A program made the translations under genes and the position numbers. Of a stretch of DNA of 64,000 nt, positions 19,925-30,171 are shown piece by piece. This stretch comes from Candidatus Marinacidobacterales bacterium (GTDB lineage: Bacteria; Acidobacteriota; Vicinamibacteria; Marinacidobacterales; SMYC01), in contig CBDEGF010000003.1 in assembly GCA_965237685.1 (NCBI GenBank), positions 903,803-967,802 on the forward strand, written 5' to 3'. The notes below the pieces were generated by a model. The model saw nothing but the letters and a program-made list of their open reading frames with translations, was not told the DNA's origin and did no database searches. Every line of letters starts with the position of its first letter. Position 1 is the stretch's first letter.

Positions 19925-20404
19925 ATGCCCTGGCTCGTCGCGAAACTCGAGAAGGTGGTTGCTGCCCTCCTGGCAACCATCGCGGTGCTCGTCGTCTACC
20001 AGGTCGTCGCGCGGTACGTGTTTGGCAACCCACCGAGCTGGACGGAAGAGCTGGCGCGATATCTCCAGGTCTGGCTCGTGCTTCTCGCGTCGCCCGTCTG
20101 TCTGTCGAAGGGCATGCACCTTGCGGTGGACTATCTGACGCCGCTTCTTCCACCCACGGCGAAACGGTGGGTGAGATCCTTCATCCATCTCCTCGTGGGT
20201 CTCTTTGGCCTCCTCCTCGCGGTGTTCGGATTCCGGCTGCTGCCAGTCGCTGCTCTTCAAGTCTCGCCCGCCCTCGGCATTTCGATGGTATGGCCCTACC
20301 TTGCAGTCCCAACAAGCGGACTCCTGATAGCGATGGTCGCAGGTGCGCTCCTCGTCGAAGAACAGCGGCACGAGCGCGCACCCGGGGGAGAGCCCGATCG
20401 ATGA
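19925..20404 (+). CDS. dctQ: TRAP transporter small permease DctQ
   Basis: 159 aa, 4 TM; YQVVARYVFGNPPSWTEELARYL motif. Confidence 0.8.
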   Translation: MPWLVAKLEKVVAALLATIAVLVVYQVVARYVFGNPPSWTEELARYLQVWLVLLASPVCLSKGMHLAVDYLTPLLPPTAKRWVRSFIHLLVGLFGLLLAVFGFRLLPVAALQVSPALGISMVWPYLAVPTSGLLIAMVAGALLVEEQRHERAPGGEPDR

Positions 20405-21672
20405 TCGCCGCCCTCTTCCTGAGCCTTTTCGTGCTGCTCGCTCTCGGCGTGCCAGTCGCCTTCGGCATCGGTCTCAGCGGCGCGGCCGCCCTGCTCGTGG
20501 ATGGGCAGATACCCTTCGAGCTCATCGCTCAAAGAGCCTTCGCAGCCCTTGACTCCTGGGCGCTGATGGCGGTGCCGCTGTTCATCCTCGCAGGTGAGCT
20601 GATGAATGCCTGCGGTATCTCGAGGCGTGCCATTGCGCTGGTCGGACGGCTCCGGGGCGGGCTCCCCATCGTCTCCGTCACATCGTCCATGTTCTTTGCC
20701 GGGATCTCGGGAAGCTCCAGCGCCAGCACCGCTGCCATTGGCTCCATGATGATCCCCGCCATGAAAACACGCGGGTATCCGATCGGTTTTGCGGCGGCCC
20801 TCCAAGCCGCAGGTGGTGCGATCGGCCCTATCATCCCGCCAAGCATCATCATGATAGTGATGGGCTACGTCACCGGGACGTCCATCGCGGCTCTGTTTAT
20901 TGGCGGCATCGTTCCAGGGGTCCTCATCGCCGGCGCTCTCATCGTGTCGAGCTACGGCCAGGCGCGCCGCTACGAAACCGAGCCGCACGCGGAGGAATTC
21001 CAGGGAACCTCCTTCGCATCCGCGCTCTGGCAAGCCCTCCCCGCCATCGGCATGCCGGTGCTCGTGCTCGGCGGTATCCTCGCCGGCATATTTACCGCCA
21101 CCGAGGCGGCCGGGATCGCCGTAGCGTATGGCTTGATCGTCGGGTTCCTCGTATATCGCGAGCTGAGGGTGAAAGACCTCGAGCAGCTCCTCGTCACCGC
21201 GGCGCTTCGCTCCTGCGTGGTCATGTTCGTCGCCACCAGCGCCTTCCTGCTGGCGTGGATCATTGCGGTGGCGCACGTCCCCGATCGGCTGGGGGATGCT
21301 CTCTCGTCCTGGACGGGAAGCCAGCTCTCGTTTCTCCTGGCCGCCAATGTGATTTTGATCGTCATGGGTATGTTCATGGAGAGCATCTCTGCGATCATCG
21401 TCATCGTGCCCATTCTCTTCCCGCTCGCGGTCCACTTCGGAGTCGATCCGGTGCACTTCGGTGTGCTGACTGGAGTGAATTTCTGCATCGGCATGGTGAC
21501 TCCACCGTACGGAGCGACGCTTTTCGTCGCCTGCTCGATCGCGGGCCAGAGCGTGAGCAGCGTCGCCGGTTGGACCCTGCGGCCCATTGCCGCCATGCTC
21601 GTCGTCCAGGCGCTGGTCACTCTCTTCCCGGAGACGGTGACCACGCTTCCCCGCTGGTTCGGGCTTCTATGA
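20401..21672 (+). CDS. dctM: TRAP transporter large permease DctM
   Basis: MIAALFLSLFVLLALGVPVAFGIGLSG...; ATGA overlap with dctQ stop; 12-TM DctM-like. Confidence 0.85.
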   Translation: MIAALFLSLFVLLALGVPVAFGIGLSGAAALLVDGQIPFELIAQRAFAALDSWALMAVPLFILAGELMNACGISRRAIALVGRLRGGLPIVSVTSSMFFAGISGSSSASTAAIGSMMIPAMKTRGYPIGFAAALQAAGGAIGPIIPPSIIMIVMGYVTGTSIAALFIGGIVPGVLIAGALIVSSYGQARRYETEPHAEEFQGTSFASALWQALPAIGMPVLVLGGILAGIFTATEAAGIAVAYGLIVGFLVYRELRVKDLEQLLVTAALRSCVVMFVATSAFLLAWIIAVAHVPDRLGDALSSWTGSQLSFLLAANVILIVMGMFMESISAIIVIVPILFPLAVHFGVDPVHFGVLTGVNFCIGMVTPPYGATLFVACSIAGQSVSSVAGWTLRPIAAMLVVQALVTLFPETVTTLPRWFGLL

Positions 21673-22658
21673 ATGCTCGAGTCCTCCTCATCGCAGCCTG
21701 CCTCGTGGCGGCAAGCTGCCGGCCCGATCGGGGCGCGGTCCGCGTCTTCAAGGCGAGCTCGTCCAGCGCACCGAACGAGCCGACGGTACGGGGTCTCGAA
21801 GTCTTCGGCAGAGAGCTCGCAGCCGCCACCAACGGGCGCCTCATGGTCGACGTCTATCCCAACAACGCGCTCGGAAACGAGCGCGAGGTCATCGAGCTGA
21901 CGATCATTGGCGCCGTCGAAGTGGCCTGTCCTGCGAACGCGCCCCTGGCCACGTTCTCTCCGGAGCTTCTCGTCTTCGACCTCCCTTACTTGTTTCGCGA
22001 CCGGGAGCACATGTACCGGGTGCTGGATGGACCGATCGGGCAGAGCTTCGCGGCACCACTGCAGGCGAAGGGACTCCGCCTCCTCGGATACTTCGACGTT
22101 GGCTTGAGACACCTCATGACCAGAGACCGTCGGGTCGACGCGCTCGCGGACATGACGGGCCTCAAGATCCGAACGATGGAGAATCCCCTGCATCTCCGCA
22201 CCTTCGAAACGTTCGGCGCCAGCCCACTCCCCATGGCTTACGGCGAGGTCTACACCGCACTCGAGCAAGGCGTCATCGACGGCGCGGAGGCGGCGCGCTC
22301 CAACTACTTTTCGAAAGGCTTCTACGAGGTGGCACCTTATTGGGCAGAGATCGGCTGGATGTATCTCGTAGCTCCCCTGGTCATGAGCGAGCGTGTTTAC
22401 GGTTCTCTCTCCCCGGAAGATAGGCGGGCGGTTCGCCTTGCGGCAGCGAAGGCGATCGTGGCGGAGCGCGAGGCCTATCGCCGCGAGGAGGAAGTTGCCC
22501 TGGCGGAGCTATTGGCAGCGGGCGTTACGATCACTCGCCCCGACCGGACGGAGCTCGAGAGAGTGGCGAGGCGTGTCTGGGAAAGGTCCTCGGACCGCGT
22601 GGATCTCGATCTTGTGGAGTCCATCGTGGCGACTCCGTCGGAGAAGCGCCTACCGTGA
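21669..22658 (+). CDS. dctP: TRAP transporter substrate-binding protein DctP
   Basis: MNARVLLIAACLVAASC lipoprotein-like signal; DctP-family body; ATGA overlap with dctM stop. Confidence 0.8.
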   Translation: MNARVLLIAACLVAASCRPDRGAVRVFKASSSSAPNEPTVRGLEVFGRELAAATNGRLMVDVYPNNALGNEREVIELTIIGAVEVACPANAPLATFSPELLVFDLPYLFRDREHMYRVLDGPIGQSFAAPLQAKGLRLLGYFDVGLRHLMTRDRRVDALADMTGLKIRTMENPLHLRTFETFGASPLPMAYGEVYTALEQGVIDGAEAARSNYFSKGFYEVAPYWAEIGWMYLVAPLVMSERVYGSLSPEDRRAVRLAAAKAIVAEREAYRREEEVALAELLAAGVTITRPDRTELERVARRVWERSSDRVDLDLVESIVATPSEKRLP

Positions 22659-22673
22659 AGACTCCTTCGATGA

Positions 22674-22776
22674 GCTCGAGGCGCTCGTCCGGATCGATGA
22701 CGCCCGCGTTGGCCATCCGATAGTACTCGTCGACCTTGAAGCGTCTCACTCCAACCGTGTCCACTACTGCACTCAT
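22674..22776 (-). pseudogene. Uma2-family endonuclease N-terminal fragment (~35 aa)
   Basis: MSAVVDTVGVRRFKVDEYYRMANAGVIDPDERLELIEGV, then the frame runs into the antisense of dctP. Confidence 0.4.
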
Positions 22777-22970
22777 CGGCTCGATTCTAACGCCGCACCG
22801 AAAACGCGGCAAGACCGGCGGCGGCGCCACGTGGGGCGCAACCTTTTCGTGATCTTGATCATTTTTCTACTAGAAATGTTCTCTTGACATAAAAGGAAAA
22901 ATGAGGTGTCCTTCACAATCCTAAATAAAGAAAACGGTCGCAGCTAAGCGGCCGATGGAGGGACACCTCA

Positions 22971-24290
22971 ATGAAAAGCAGTATCACGCGGGAGGAGTTT
23001 AGTAAAGAAGTAAGTCGTCTATCCGAGGAGTTCGCGGAGCAAGTGTGGCAGGCGGTCGTGGAAGCGGAAGCTGATGTCGAACGGTGTGACGAGTGGATGC
23101 GGGTCAAGGGCAGCGAATACCTGCGTGAGGTACTGGGCAAGGCGCTCAGCCAACGCTCGGAACGACTCGGTGTGTCAGGCGCATGCGAATGCGGCGCGTC
23201 GATGGAGTTTCGACAACATCGAGCGTTCCGGGTGCACACGGTACTGGCGGGTCGGGATGTGGAGCTGAGTGTGGTTTACGCTCAGTGCTGTGAGTGTCGT
23301 CAAGGCAAGTATCCGCTGCTGGAAGAGATGCGGGTGGACCAGGAGGGATTCACGCAAGCCTTACAAGAGTTGTCGCTGTTGGCAGGAGTGATCGAACCCT
23401 ACCGCTCGGCGAGCGAGCAATTGCTGCGAAAGTTCACCGGGGTGGTCGTGAGCTCCGAGAAGATTCAAAGCTTGGTAGGCGCCGATGGGAAAAAGGCGGA
23501 GGGTTTTTCGAAAGAGCCTGCGAACGAGGTGGAAGCTGGAACGGGCAGACGCCATAAGGGACCGCTGTACATAGGGATAGACGGCGGGATGGTATTCGTG
23601 GACGGCCGCTGGCAGGAAGTCAAGCTAGGCTGCCTTTATACCGAGCAAGGGCGTGTGCAGAGCAAGCTCGGACGCGGAGAGTTGACCGAACGACAGGTCG
23701 TAGGGGTTCGAGGTAGCCCCGAAGCACTCGGCGAGGTTTTGTGGCCTCGCTCTTGCTCAATGGGGGCGGAGTCTCGCAAGGTCGTCATCCTGGGTGACGG
23801 TGCGCCGTGGATTTGGAATCTTGCGGAGGAGCTGTTCACCGATCGAGTCGAGATCCTTGATTGGTATCACGCCGACGAGAATATCAGCCGTGTGGCACGG
23901 GTGGTTTTCGGCGAAGGCACCGACGAAGCCGCACAGTGGCGCAAATCGCAACTCGACCGTCTATACGAAGACGCCGTGGATGAGGTGATCGAGGGTTTGC
24001 GGTTTCTGAAAAAGCGTCATCGTTCCAAAGACGAAGAGATCGACAAGCTCACCGGCTACCTCGAGAGAAACGGGCATCGAATGAAATACAGAACGTTTCG
24101 ACAAAGCGGCTACTACATCGGCAGCGGTGCCGTGGAAAGTGCCGTGAGCCACGTTATGCAACAAAGGATGAAGCGAGTCGGGATGAGATGGCACGCCGCT
24201 GGGGCCGATGCAATGCTCGCACTGCGCTGTGTCTTCCGAAGCACGGGCGCCTGGGATTCGTTCTGGAACTATCGAAAACAGGTCGCATGA
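22971..24290 (+). CDS. ISKra4-like DDE transposase (element approx. 22880-24330)
   Basis: 439 aa; ILGDGAPWIWN...DWYHA.E...YIGSGAVESAVSHVMQQRMKRVGMRWHAAGADAMLALRCV; flanking lower-GC sequence with tgaggtgtcc/gacacctc inverted motifs. Confidence 0.6.
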   Translation: MKSSITREEFSKEVSRLSEEFAEQVWQAVVEAEADVERCDEWMRVKGSEYLREVLGKALSQRSERLGVSGACECGASMEFRQHRAFRVHTVLAGRDVELSVVYAQCCECRQGKYPLLEEMRVDQEGFTQALQELSLLAGVIEPYRSASEQLLRKFTGVVVSSEKIQSLVGADGKKAEGFSKEPANEVEAGTGRRHKGPLYIGIDGGMVFVDGRWQEVKLGCLYTEQGRVQSKLGRGELTERQVVGVRGSPEALGEVLWPRSCSMGAESRKVVILGDGAPWIWNLAEELFTDRVEILDWYHADENISRVARVVFGEGTDEAAQWRKSQLDRLYEDAVDEVIEGLRFLKKRHRSKDEEIDKLTGYLERNGHRMKYRTFRQSGYYIGSGAVESAVSHVMQQRMKRVGMRWHAAGADAMLALRCVFRSTGAWDSFWNYRKQVA

Positions 24291-24458
24291 ACGGAAGTCG
24301 ATTGCGCCCCGCCCGCCACGTGACACCTCTGCGATGCGAATCGGTGATATGCTACACTTAGCGTTTCATATGGGGCGATGCTTGGAGTTGGCCCCTGGGA
24401 TAGGAGCTCGAAGCTCCTCCGGGATCCATGATCTGGCCGTGACGTGAGGCGCGAGTAG

Positions 24459-26891
24459 ATGAGAATCAAAGCTGCGGTGTTCGGCACCGCCGTGCTGTTC
24501 TTGAGTCTGTCGCAAGCGGACCCGGCGGCCCGCGCGACTCCCCCACCCTCCCCGAGCGCGGCTAGCTCGTCCCTCGAGTTGGCGCGGGCCGTCATCGAAG
24601 GGAGCTGCCAGCTTTGTCACAACGACGTGACGCTTCTGGGCAACATGTCTCTGGATTCGTTCGACGTTACCGCCGCCGTCGACAACGCGAGACTCTCGGA
24701 AAAAATCATCCGCAAAGTCAGAGCGGGCATGATGCCCCCTGCGGGTGTGCCGCGGCCGGGTGAAGAAAGTCTTGCGGCGCTTGCCACGGAGCTGGAGACC
24801 CGGCTCGACGAGGCGGCCGCGACGAATCCCAATCCGGGCCGGCGGAGTTTCCAGCGCCTCAATCGAGCCGAGTACCAGGGTTCGATCCGTGACCTGCTGG
24901 CGCTGGATATCCGGGCCGGAGACTACCTCCCGCTCGACACGAAGAGCGCCAATTTCGACAACATTGCCGACGTTCAGATGCTTTCGGCAACGCTGATGGA
25001 AAGCTATTTGCGCGCCGCGAGCGAGGTGAGCCGGCTGGCCGTTGGTGACCCCAGAGCGAGCCCCCGGGAAGCAACTTATAAGGTTACGCGTTGGGTCTCC
25101 CAGACGGAGCACGTGGAAGGTGCTCCCTACGGAACGCGCGGGGGGCTCTCCGTCATCCATCATTTCCCGGCCGACGGTGAGTACAGCTTCCGAGTCTCCT
25201 TCCACCACGAGACGACCGGTGCCCTCCACGGCAGCGGTTCGGCAACGCTCCACACCGTGGACGAACCGGAGCAGATCGAGGTCTCGGTCAACGGCGAGCC
25301 GGTGGCTCTCATGGACATCGACCGGTGGATGCACGTGTCGGACCCGAACGGCGTCAACTTGCGAACCGAACGCTTCTTGGTCAGGGCAGGGCCGCAGCGC
25401 GTCTCCGCCGCGTTCGTCCGCAAAGTCGAGGGACCAGTCCAGGACATCATTGCCCCGCACGACTGGTCGATCGCGAGTACGAGCATCGCCGACGCCTACG
25501 GGTTCACGAGCCTCCCCCACTTGCGGGATCTCGCCATCGCCGGACCCTACGACCCCACCGGGGTCTCACAGACGCCCAGCCGCGAGAAGATCTTCTCGTG
25601 CCGCCCGGCTTCGCCTGAGCAGGCGTTGCCATGTGCCGAAGAGATCATCACGCGACTGGGATCCCAGGCGTACCGAAGGCCTCTCTCGTCGGACGATGTA
25701 GAGCCGTTGATGTCCCTCTACGAGCTTGGCGAGAAGGAAGGGGGCTTCGAGTCCGGAGTCCGGACGGCCCTCGAGGGAATTCTGGCGAGCCCGCATTTCG
25801 TGTTCCGTTTCGAAGAGCCGCCGGAAAGCGCCAAGCCCGGAGAGCCCTTTCGGATTGACGACCTGGACCTGGCGTCGCGTATGTCCTTCTTCCTTTGGGG
25901 GACCGCGCCGGACGAAGAGCTCGTGAGCCTCGCGCGCGAGGGAGAGTTGTCGAATCCAGAGGTGCTCGAACAGCAGGTCCGAAGGATGCTGGCCGAGCCC
26001 CGCTCGGAGGCGCTCGCGACACGCTTCGCCGCACAGTGGCTGCGGTTGCCCGATCTCGAGAAGATGCATCCGAACGTGCGGACCTATCCCCACTTCCACG
26101 ATCAGCTCAAGGCGTCGATGCGTCGCGAGACAGAGCTCTTCTTCGCGAGCCTCGTCCAGGAAGATCGGAGCGCGCTCGAGCTCCTGACCGCGGACTACAC
26201 TTTCCTCGACGAGCGGCTCGCCGCTCACTACGGCATTCCGAACGTTACCGGCAACGACATCCGCCGTGTCACATACCCGGATTCCAGACGAAGGGGTGTT
26301 CTTGCTCACGGCAGCATCCTGACGCTGACCTCTCACGCCAGCCGCACGTCCCCGGTACTCCGGGGCAAGTGGATTATGGAAGTGCTGCTCGGAAGCCCGC
26401 CGCCTCCGCCTCCGCCGAACGTGCCGGAGCTGGAAGAGGCCGGCGAGGCGGAGGGTGGCCGCCTGCTCTCGGTGCGCGAGCAGCTGGAGAGGCACCGCTC
26501 GAGCCCCGCCTGCAGCTCCTGTCACAGCATGATCGATCCGCCCGGATTGGCCCTCGAGAACTTCGACGCCACCGGCGCCTGGAGGATCAAGGACAAAGGG
26601 GTTCCCATCGACCCGTCGGGCGAGCTCTACGACGGGACGCCGTTGACCGGCCCGGCGGACCTCAGGGACGCGCTTCTTGCCCGTTCCACGTCGCTGCTCC
26701 GAACGTTCATCGAGAACCTCATGGCCTATGCCCTGGGGCGCCGTGTGGAGTACTACGACATGCCCGCGATCCGTGCGATCGAGCGGGAGGCCGCTCAGAA
26801 CGACAACCGTATGTCGTCCTTCATTCTCGGCGTCGTGAAGAGTCCGGCGTTCCTGATGAAGGCGCCGGTGGCGGTAAAGACTGAAGAGTGA
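24459..26891 (+). CDS. Secreted DUF1592/DUF1588/DUF1587/DUF1585/DUF1595-family protein with two CXXCH motifs (module copy A, gene 1)
   Basis: 810 aa; signal peptide; GSCQLCHND (N-terminal) and PACSSCHSMIDP (C-terminal) CXXCH motifs; strong similarity to ORF 31132-33573. Confidence 0.7.
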   Translation: MRIKAAVFGTAVLFLSLSQADPAARATPPPSPSAASSSLELARAVIEGSCQLCHNDVTLLGNMSLDSFDVTAAVDNARLSEKIIRKVRAGMMPPAGVPRPGEESLAALATELETRLDEAAATNPNPGRRSFQRLNRAEYQGSIRDLLALDIRAGDYLPLDTKSANFDNIADVQMLSATLMESYLRAASEVSRLAVGDPRASPREATYKVTRWVSQTEHVEGAPYGTRGGLSVIHHFPADGEYSFRVSFHHETTGALHGSGSATLHTVDEPEQIEVSVNGEPVALMDIDRWMHVSDPNGVNLRTERFLVRAGPQRVSAAFVRKVEGPVQDIIAPHDWSIASTSIADAYGFTSLPHLRDLAIAGPYDPTGVSQTPSREKIFSCRPASPEQALPCAEEIITRLGSQAYRRPLSSDDVEPLMSLYELGEKEGGFESGVRTALEGILASPHFVFRFEEPPESAKPGEPFRIDDLDLASRMSFFLWGTAPDEELVSLAREGELSNPEVLEQQVRRMLAEPRSEALATRFAAQWLRLPDLEKMHPNVRTYPHFHDQLKASMRRETELFFASLVQEDRSALELLTADYTFLDERLAAHYGIPNVTGNDIRRVTYPDSRRRGVLAHGSILTLTSHASRTSPVLRGKWIMEVLLGSPPPPPPPNVPELEEAGEAEGGRLLSVREQLERHRSSPACSSCHSMIDPPGLALENFDATGAWRIKDKGVPIDPSGELYDGTPLTGPADLRDALLARSTSLLRTFIENLMAYALGRRVEYYDMPAIRAIEREAAQNDNRMSSFILGVVKSPAFLMKAPVAVKTEE

Positions 26892-26924
26892 GCACATACT
26901 GAAACGTTGGAGGAGGCCCGAAGC

Positions 26925-28316
26925 ATGGGGTTCATAACCGGAAAGCACATTCCCCGACGCACTTTTCTACGGGGCGTTGGCGCAACGGTGGCCTTGCCCT
27001 TCCTGGATGCCATGGTACCGGCCCGGAAAGCCTGGGCGGCGACGGATTCCGCGTCAGCCGATCCGACCCGCCTGGTCGCGATCGAGATGGTCCACGGCTC
27101 GGCCGGAAGCACCAAGTGGGGCGCCACCCAGAACCTGTGGTCACCGGCGGAAGTGGGCCGGAACTTCGACTTGAGCCCGAGCGCGCTGAGCCCGCTCGAG
27201 CCGTTCCGCGACTACCTGACGATCGTCAGCGATACCGACGTGTGGCCGGCCGAAGCGGTCATACCCAAAGAGATCGGTGGAGATCATTTTCGCTCCAGCT
27301 CGACGTTCCTGACGCAGACGCATCCCAAACAAACCGAGAGCTCCGATGTCTTTGCGGGGACGTCGATCGACCAGATGTACGCTCGCCGCTTCGGGCAGGA
27401 CACGCCGATACCGTCGCTGCAACTCTGCATCGAGAACGTCGACCAGGCGGGCGGATGCGCCTACGGCTACTCGTGCGTCTATACGGATACCATCAGCTGG
27501 GCCTCCCCGACCGAGCCGCTCCCCATGATTCGGGATCCCCGGGTCGCGTTCGATCTGCTCTTCGGCGCTGGTGGTACGCCCGAGGAGCGCGCGGCGCGCC
27601 GCCGGGCAAGCCAGAGCATTCTCGACTTCGTCGCCGGGGAAGTGGCCAAGCTGAACCGGGAGCTGGACGCGGCCGACCGTCAGCGAATGGACCAGTACCT
27701 TTCGAACGTTCGCGAGATCGAACGCCGAATCCAGAAGGTCGTCGAGCGCAACGCCAGCGGAGAGATGCGGGAGCTGCCGGAAGCGCCGGCCGGTGTCCCA
27801 GACTCCTTCGATGAGCACGTCCGGCTGATGTTCGATCTCCAGGCGCTGGCATTCGAGGCAGATATGACCCGTGTCTTCTCGTTCAAAATGGGGCGGGATG
27901 CCTCGGGTCGCGTATTCCCGGCGAGCGGCATCGACAAGGGATTTCACCCGGCATCGCACCACGGCGACAGAGAGAAGAACATCGTGGAGTTCTTGCAGAT
28001 CAATCGATACCACGTGGGGCAACTCCCCTACTTCCTGGAGAAACTTGCGAGTATCCAGGAGGCCGGTGCCACGCTCCTCGACAAGACGATGCTGATCTAC
28101 GGTTCCCCGATGGGCGACCCCAACGTCCACAATCACAAGCGGTGCCCGCTCTTCATCGTCGGAGGCGCCAACGGCGAGCTCGAAGGTAGCCTGCATCTGA
28201 GGGCATCGCCCGGAACGCCCATGGCGAACGTGATGTTGAGCCTCACACAGAAACTCGGCTTCGAGGACATGGATAGCTTCGGCGACAGCACGGGCCCCTT
28301 CTCGCTGTCCGCCTGA
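26925..28316 (+). CDS. DUF1552-family protein with twin-arginine signal (module copy A, gene 2)
   Basis: MGFITGKHIPRRTFLRGVGATVALPFLDAMVP; paralogous to 33600-34979. Confidence 0.7.
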   Translation: MGFITGKHIPRRTFLRGVGATVALPFLDAMVPARKAWAATDSASADPTRLVAIEMVHGSAGSTKWGATQNLWSPAEVGRNFDLSPSALSPLEPFRDYLTIVSDTDVWPAEAVIPKEIGGDHFRSSSTFLTQTHPKQTESSDVFAGTSIDQMYARRFGQDTPIPSLQLCIENVDQAGGCAYGYSCVYTDTISWASPTEPLPMIRDPRVAFDLLFGAGGTPEERAARRRASQSILDFVAGEVAKLNRELDAADRQRMDQYLSNVREIERRIQKVVERNASGEMRELPEAPAGVPDSFDEHVRLMFDLQALAFEADMTRVFSFKMGRDASGRVFPASGIDKGFHPASHHGDREKNIVEFLQINRYHVGQLPYFLEKLASIQEAGATLLDKTMLIYGSPMGDPNVHNHKRCPLFIVGGANGELEGSLHLRASPGTPMANVMLSLTQKLGFEDMDSFGDSTGPFSLSA

Positions 28317-30103
28317 TGGAGGAGCAAATGCGCATGTGGAAGGCAGCAACCTTTTGCCTGGGGGCGCTCCTTTGGGCCGCGACGGCGAGTACAATCCCCG
28401 CGCCCGAATCCCTGACCGATGCGGCGATGGGGGGCGACATCGAGAAAGTCCGTTCCCTGGTCGCCGAGGGCGCCGACGTGAACCTTGCCCAAGGCGACGG
28501 CATGACGAGCCTCCACTGGGCGGCGAAAAAAGGCAACGCGGAGATCGCAGAGGTTCTGATCGGCGCCGGAGCCGACCTGGAAGCGGTGACTCGTATCGGT
28601 GCGCATACGCCTCTCCACATCGCCGCCGAGGCGGGCAGAGGGTCCGTCGTCGAGCTCCTGGCGGAAGCGGGCGCGAACGCGAACGCCACGACGACGACAG
28701 GGGCAACCCCGCTTCACTTCGCCGCCGCCTCGGGTAGTGCCGAGGCCGTGCTGGCTCTCCTGGAGCACGGCGCGGAGGTGAATCCGAAGGAGCCACAGTG
28801 GGGACAGACGCCGTTGATGTTTGCCGCCGCACGCGGCCGTACGGCCGTCATCGAAGTACTGCTCGAGCGCGGTGCCGACCCTGCGATTGCAGCCAAAGTC
28901 ATGGATGTCAGCGCACGCGGAAAGAAGGACCGGGTAGAGCGCCGCCGGCGCATGGAGCGCGTGGCGGAGCTCCGGGCAGAGAAAGAACTCGGAGAGGACG
29001 CATCGGCTGCGGAGCTCTCGAAGGCGCAGCGCCAGGCCCGGGAGAAGCAGGCGGAGAGGGAGGCTGCGGAGCGGCGTGGAAACGAGCCGGTCCCCCTGAA
29101 CTACGCCGGGCTGGTGGGAACCCACGGCGGTCTGACGGCACTTCTCCTTGCGGCTCGAGAAGGCCACGCGGACGCGTCACTGGCTCTCATCCAGGGGGGC
29201 GCCGACATCAACCGCGTGAGCGCTGCGGATGGTTCGAGCCCCATGCTCATCGCCATGATCAACGGTTACTTCGACCTTGCCATGGATTTCTTCGAACGTG
29301 GAGCCGATCCCAATCTCGCAAGCGAGGCTGGAGCGACTCCGCTCTATGCGGCGCTGAACATGCACTGGGCGCCGAAAGCGCGGCATCCTCAGCCAGTGGC
29401 GTACCAGCAGCAGGAGACCGGATACCTGGAAATCATGGAGACCCTTCTGAAGGCGGGCCTGGACCCGAACACTCGGTTGAAGAAATCGTTGTGGTACACC
29501 ACGTACAACCGCGACCTTCTCGGTGTGGACCGAACCGGTGCGACACCGTTCTGGCGCGCTGCCTACGCTCTCGACATCGACGCCATGCGCCTGCTTCTTG
29601 CCTACGGGGCCGATCCCACCATCCTCACCATCAAAGTTCCGGAGCAGCGCTACCGGAGGCCTCGCGAGCCCGGTGAGCCAGTGGAGGAAGAGGTCGATCA
29701 CTCCGGGTTGCCACCGGTTCCCCTCGGCGGCCCGGCGGTGTACCCGATACATGCGGCGTCGGGCGTCGGCTACGGCCAGGGCTTCGCCGGAAACTCCCAC
29801 CGCCACGTCCCTGACGGATGGCTCCCCGCGGTAAAATTTCTCGTGGAAGAGCTCGGCGTCGACGTCAACGTGAGGGATCACAACGGCTATAACGCTGTCC
29901 ACCACGCCGCCGCGCGGGGAGACAACGAGCTGATCGAATACCTGGTGTCGAAAGGCGCCGACGTGACCGTGGTGAGCCGCCGCGGACAGACCACCGCCGA
30001 CATGGCCAATGGTCCGGTGCAGCGGATACTGCCGTTCCCGGAGACGGTAGCCCTTCTAGAGAGCCTGGGCTCGAAGAACAATCACAACTGCGTGAGCTGC
30101 TAG
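28316..30103 (+). CDS. Secreted ankyrin-repeat protein ending in ..NNHNCVSC (module copy A, gene 3)
   Basis: 595 aa; signal peptide; many TPLH..AA..G ankyrin units; start overlaps DUF1552 stop; paralog at 35033-36898. Confidence 0.75.
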   Translation: MEEQMRMWKAATFCLGALLWAATASTIPAPESLTDAAMGGDIEKVRSLVAEGADVNLAQGDGMTSLHWAAKKGNAEIAEVLIGAGADLEAVTRIGAHTPLHIAAEAGRGSVVELLAEAGANANATTTTGATPLHFAAASGSAEAVLALLEHGAEVNPKEPQWGQTPLMFAAARGRTAVIEVLLERGADPAIAAKVMDVSARGKKDRVERRRRMERVAELRAEKELGEDASAAELSKAQRQAREKQAEREAAERRGNEPVPLNYAGLVGTHGGLTALLLAAREGHADASLALIQGGADINRVSAADGSSPMLIAMINGYFDLAMDFFERGADPNLASEAGATPLYAALNMHWAPKARHPQPVAYQQQETGYLEIMETLLKAGLDPNTRLKKSLWYTTYNRDLLGVDRTGATPFWRAAYALDIDAMRLLLAYGADPTILTIKVPEQRYRRPREPGEPVEEEVDHSGLPPVPLGGPAVYPIHAASGVGYGQGFAGNSHRHVPDGWLPAVKFLVEELGVDVNVRDHNGYNAVHHAAARGDNELIEYLVSKGADVTVVSRRGQTTADMANGPVQRILPFPETVALLESLGSKNNHNCVSC

Positions 30104-30171
30104 ATCTGACGAGTTGTGTTTCCAGTCCGCTGCGGATCGTATACCATCCCGCCTTCTGGGAGGTTTTTACC

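Noticed and set aside
22880-24330. Exact ends and TSD of the ISKra4-like element
   Set aside because: Only short matching motifs (tgaggtgtcc / gacacctc) were found near the presumed ends. Boundaries are approximate and no convincing TSD could be identified by eye.
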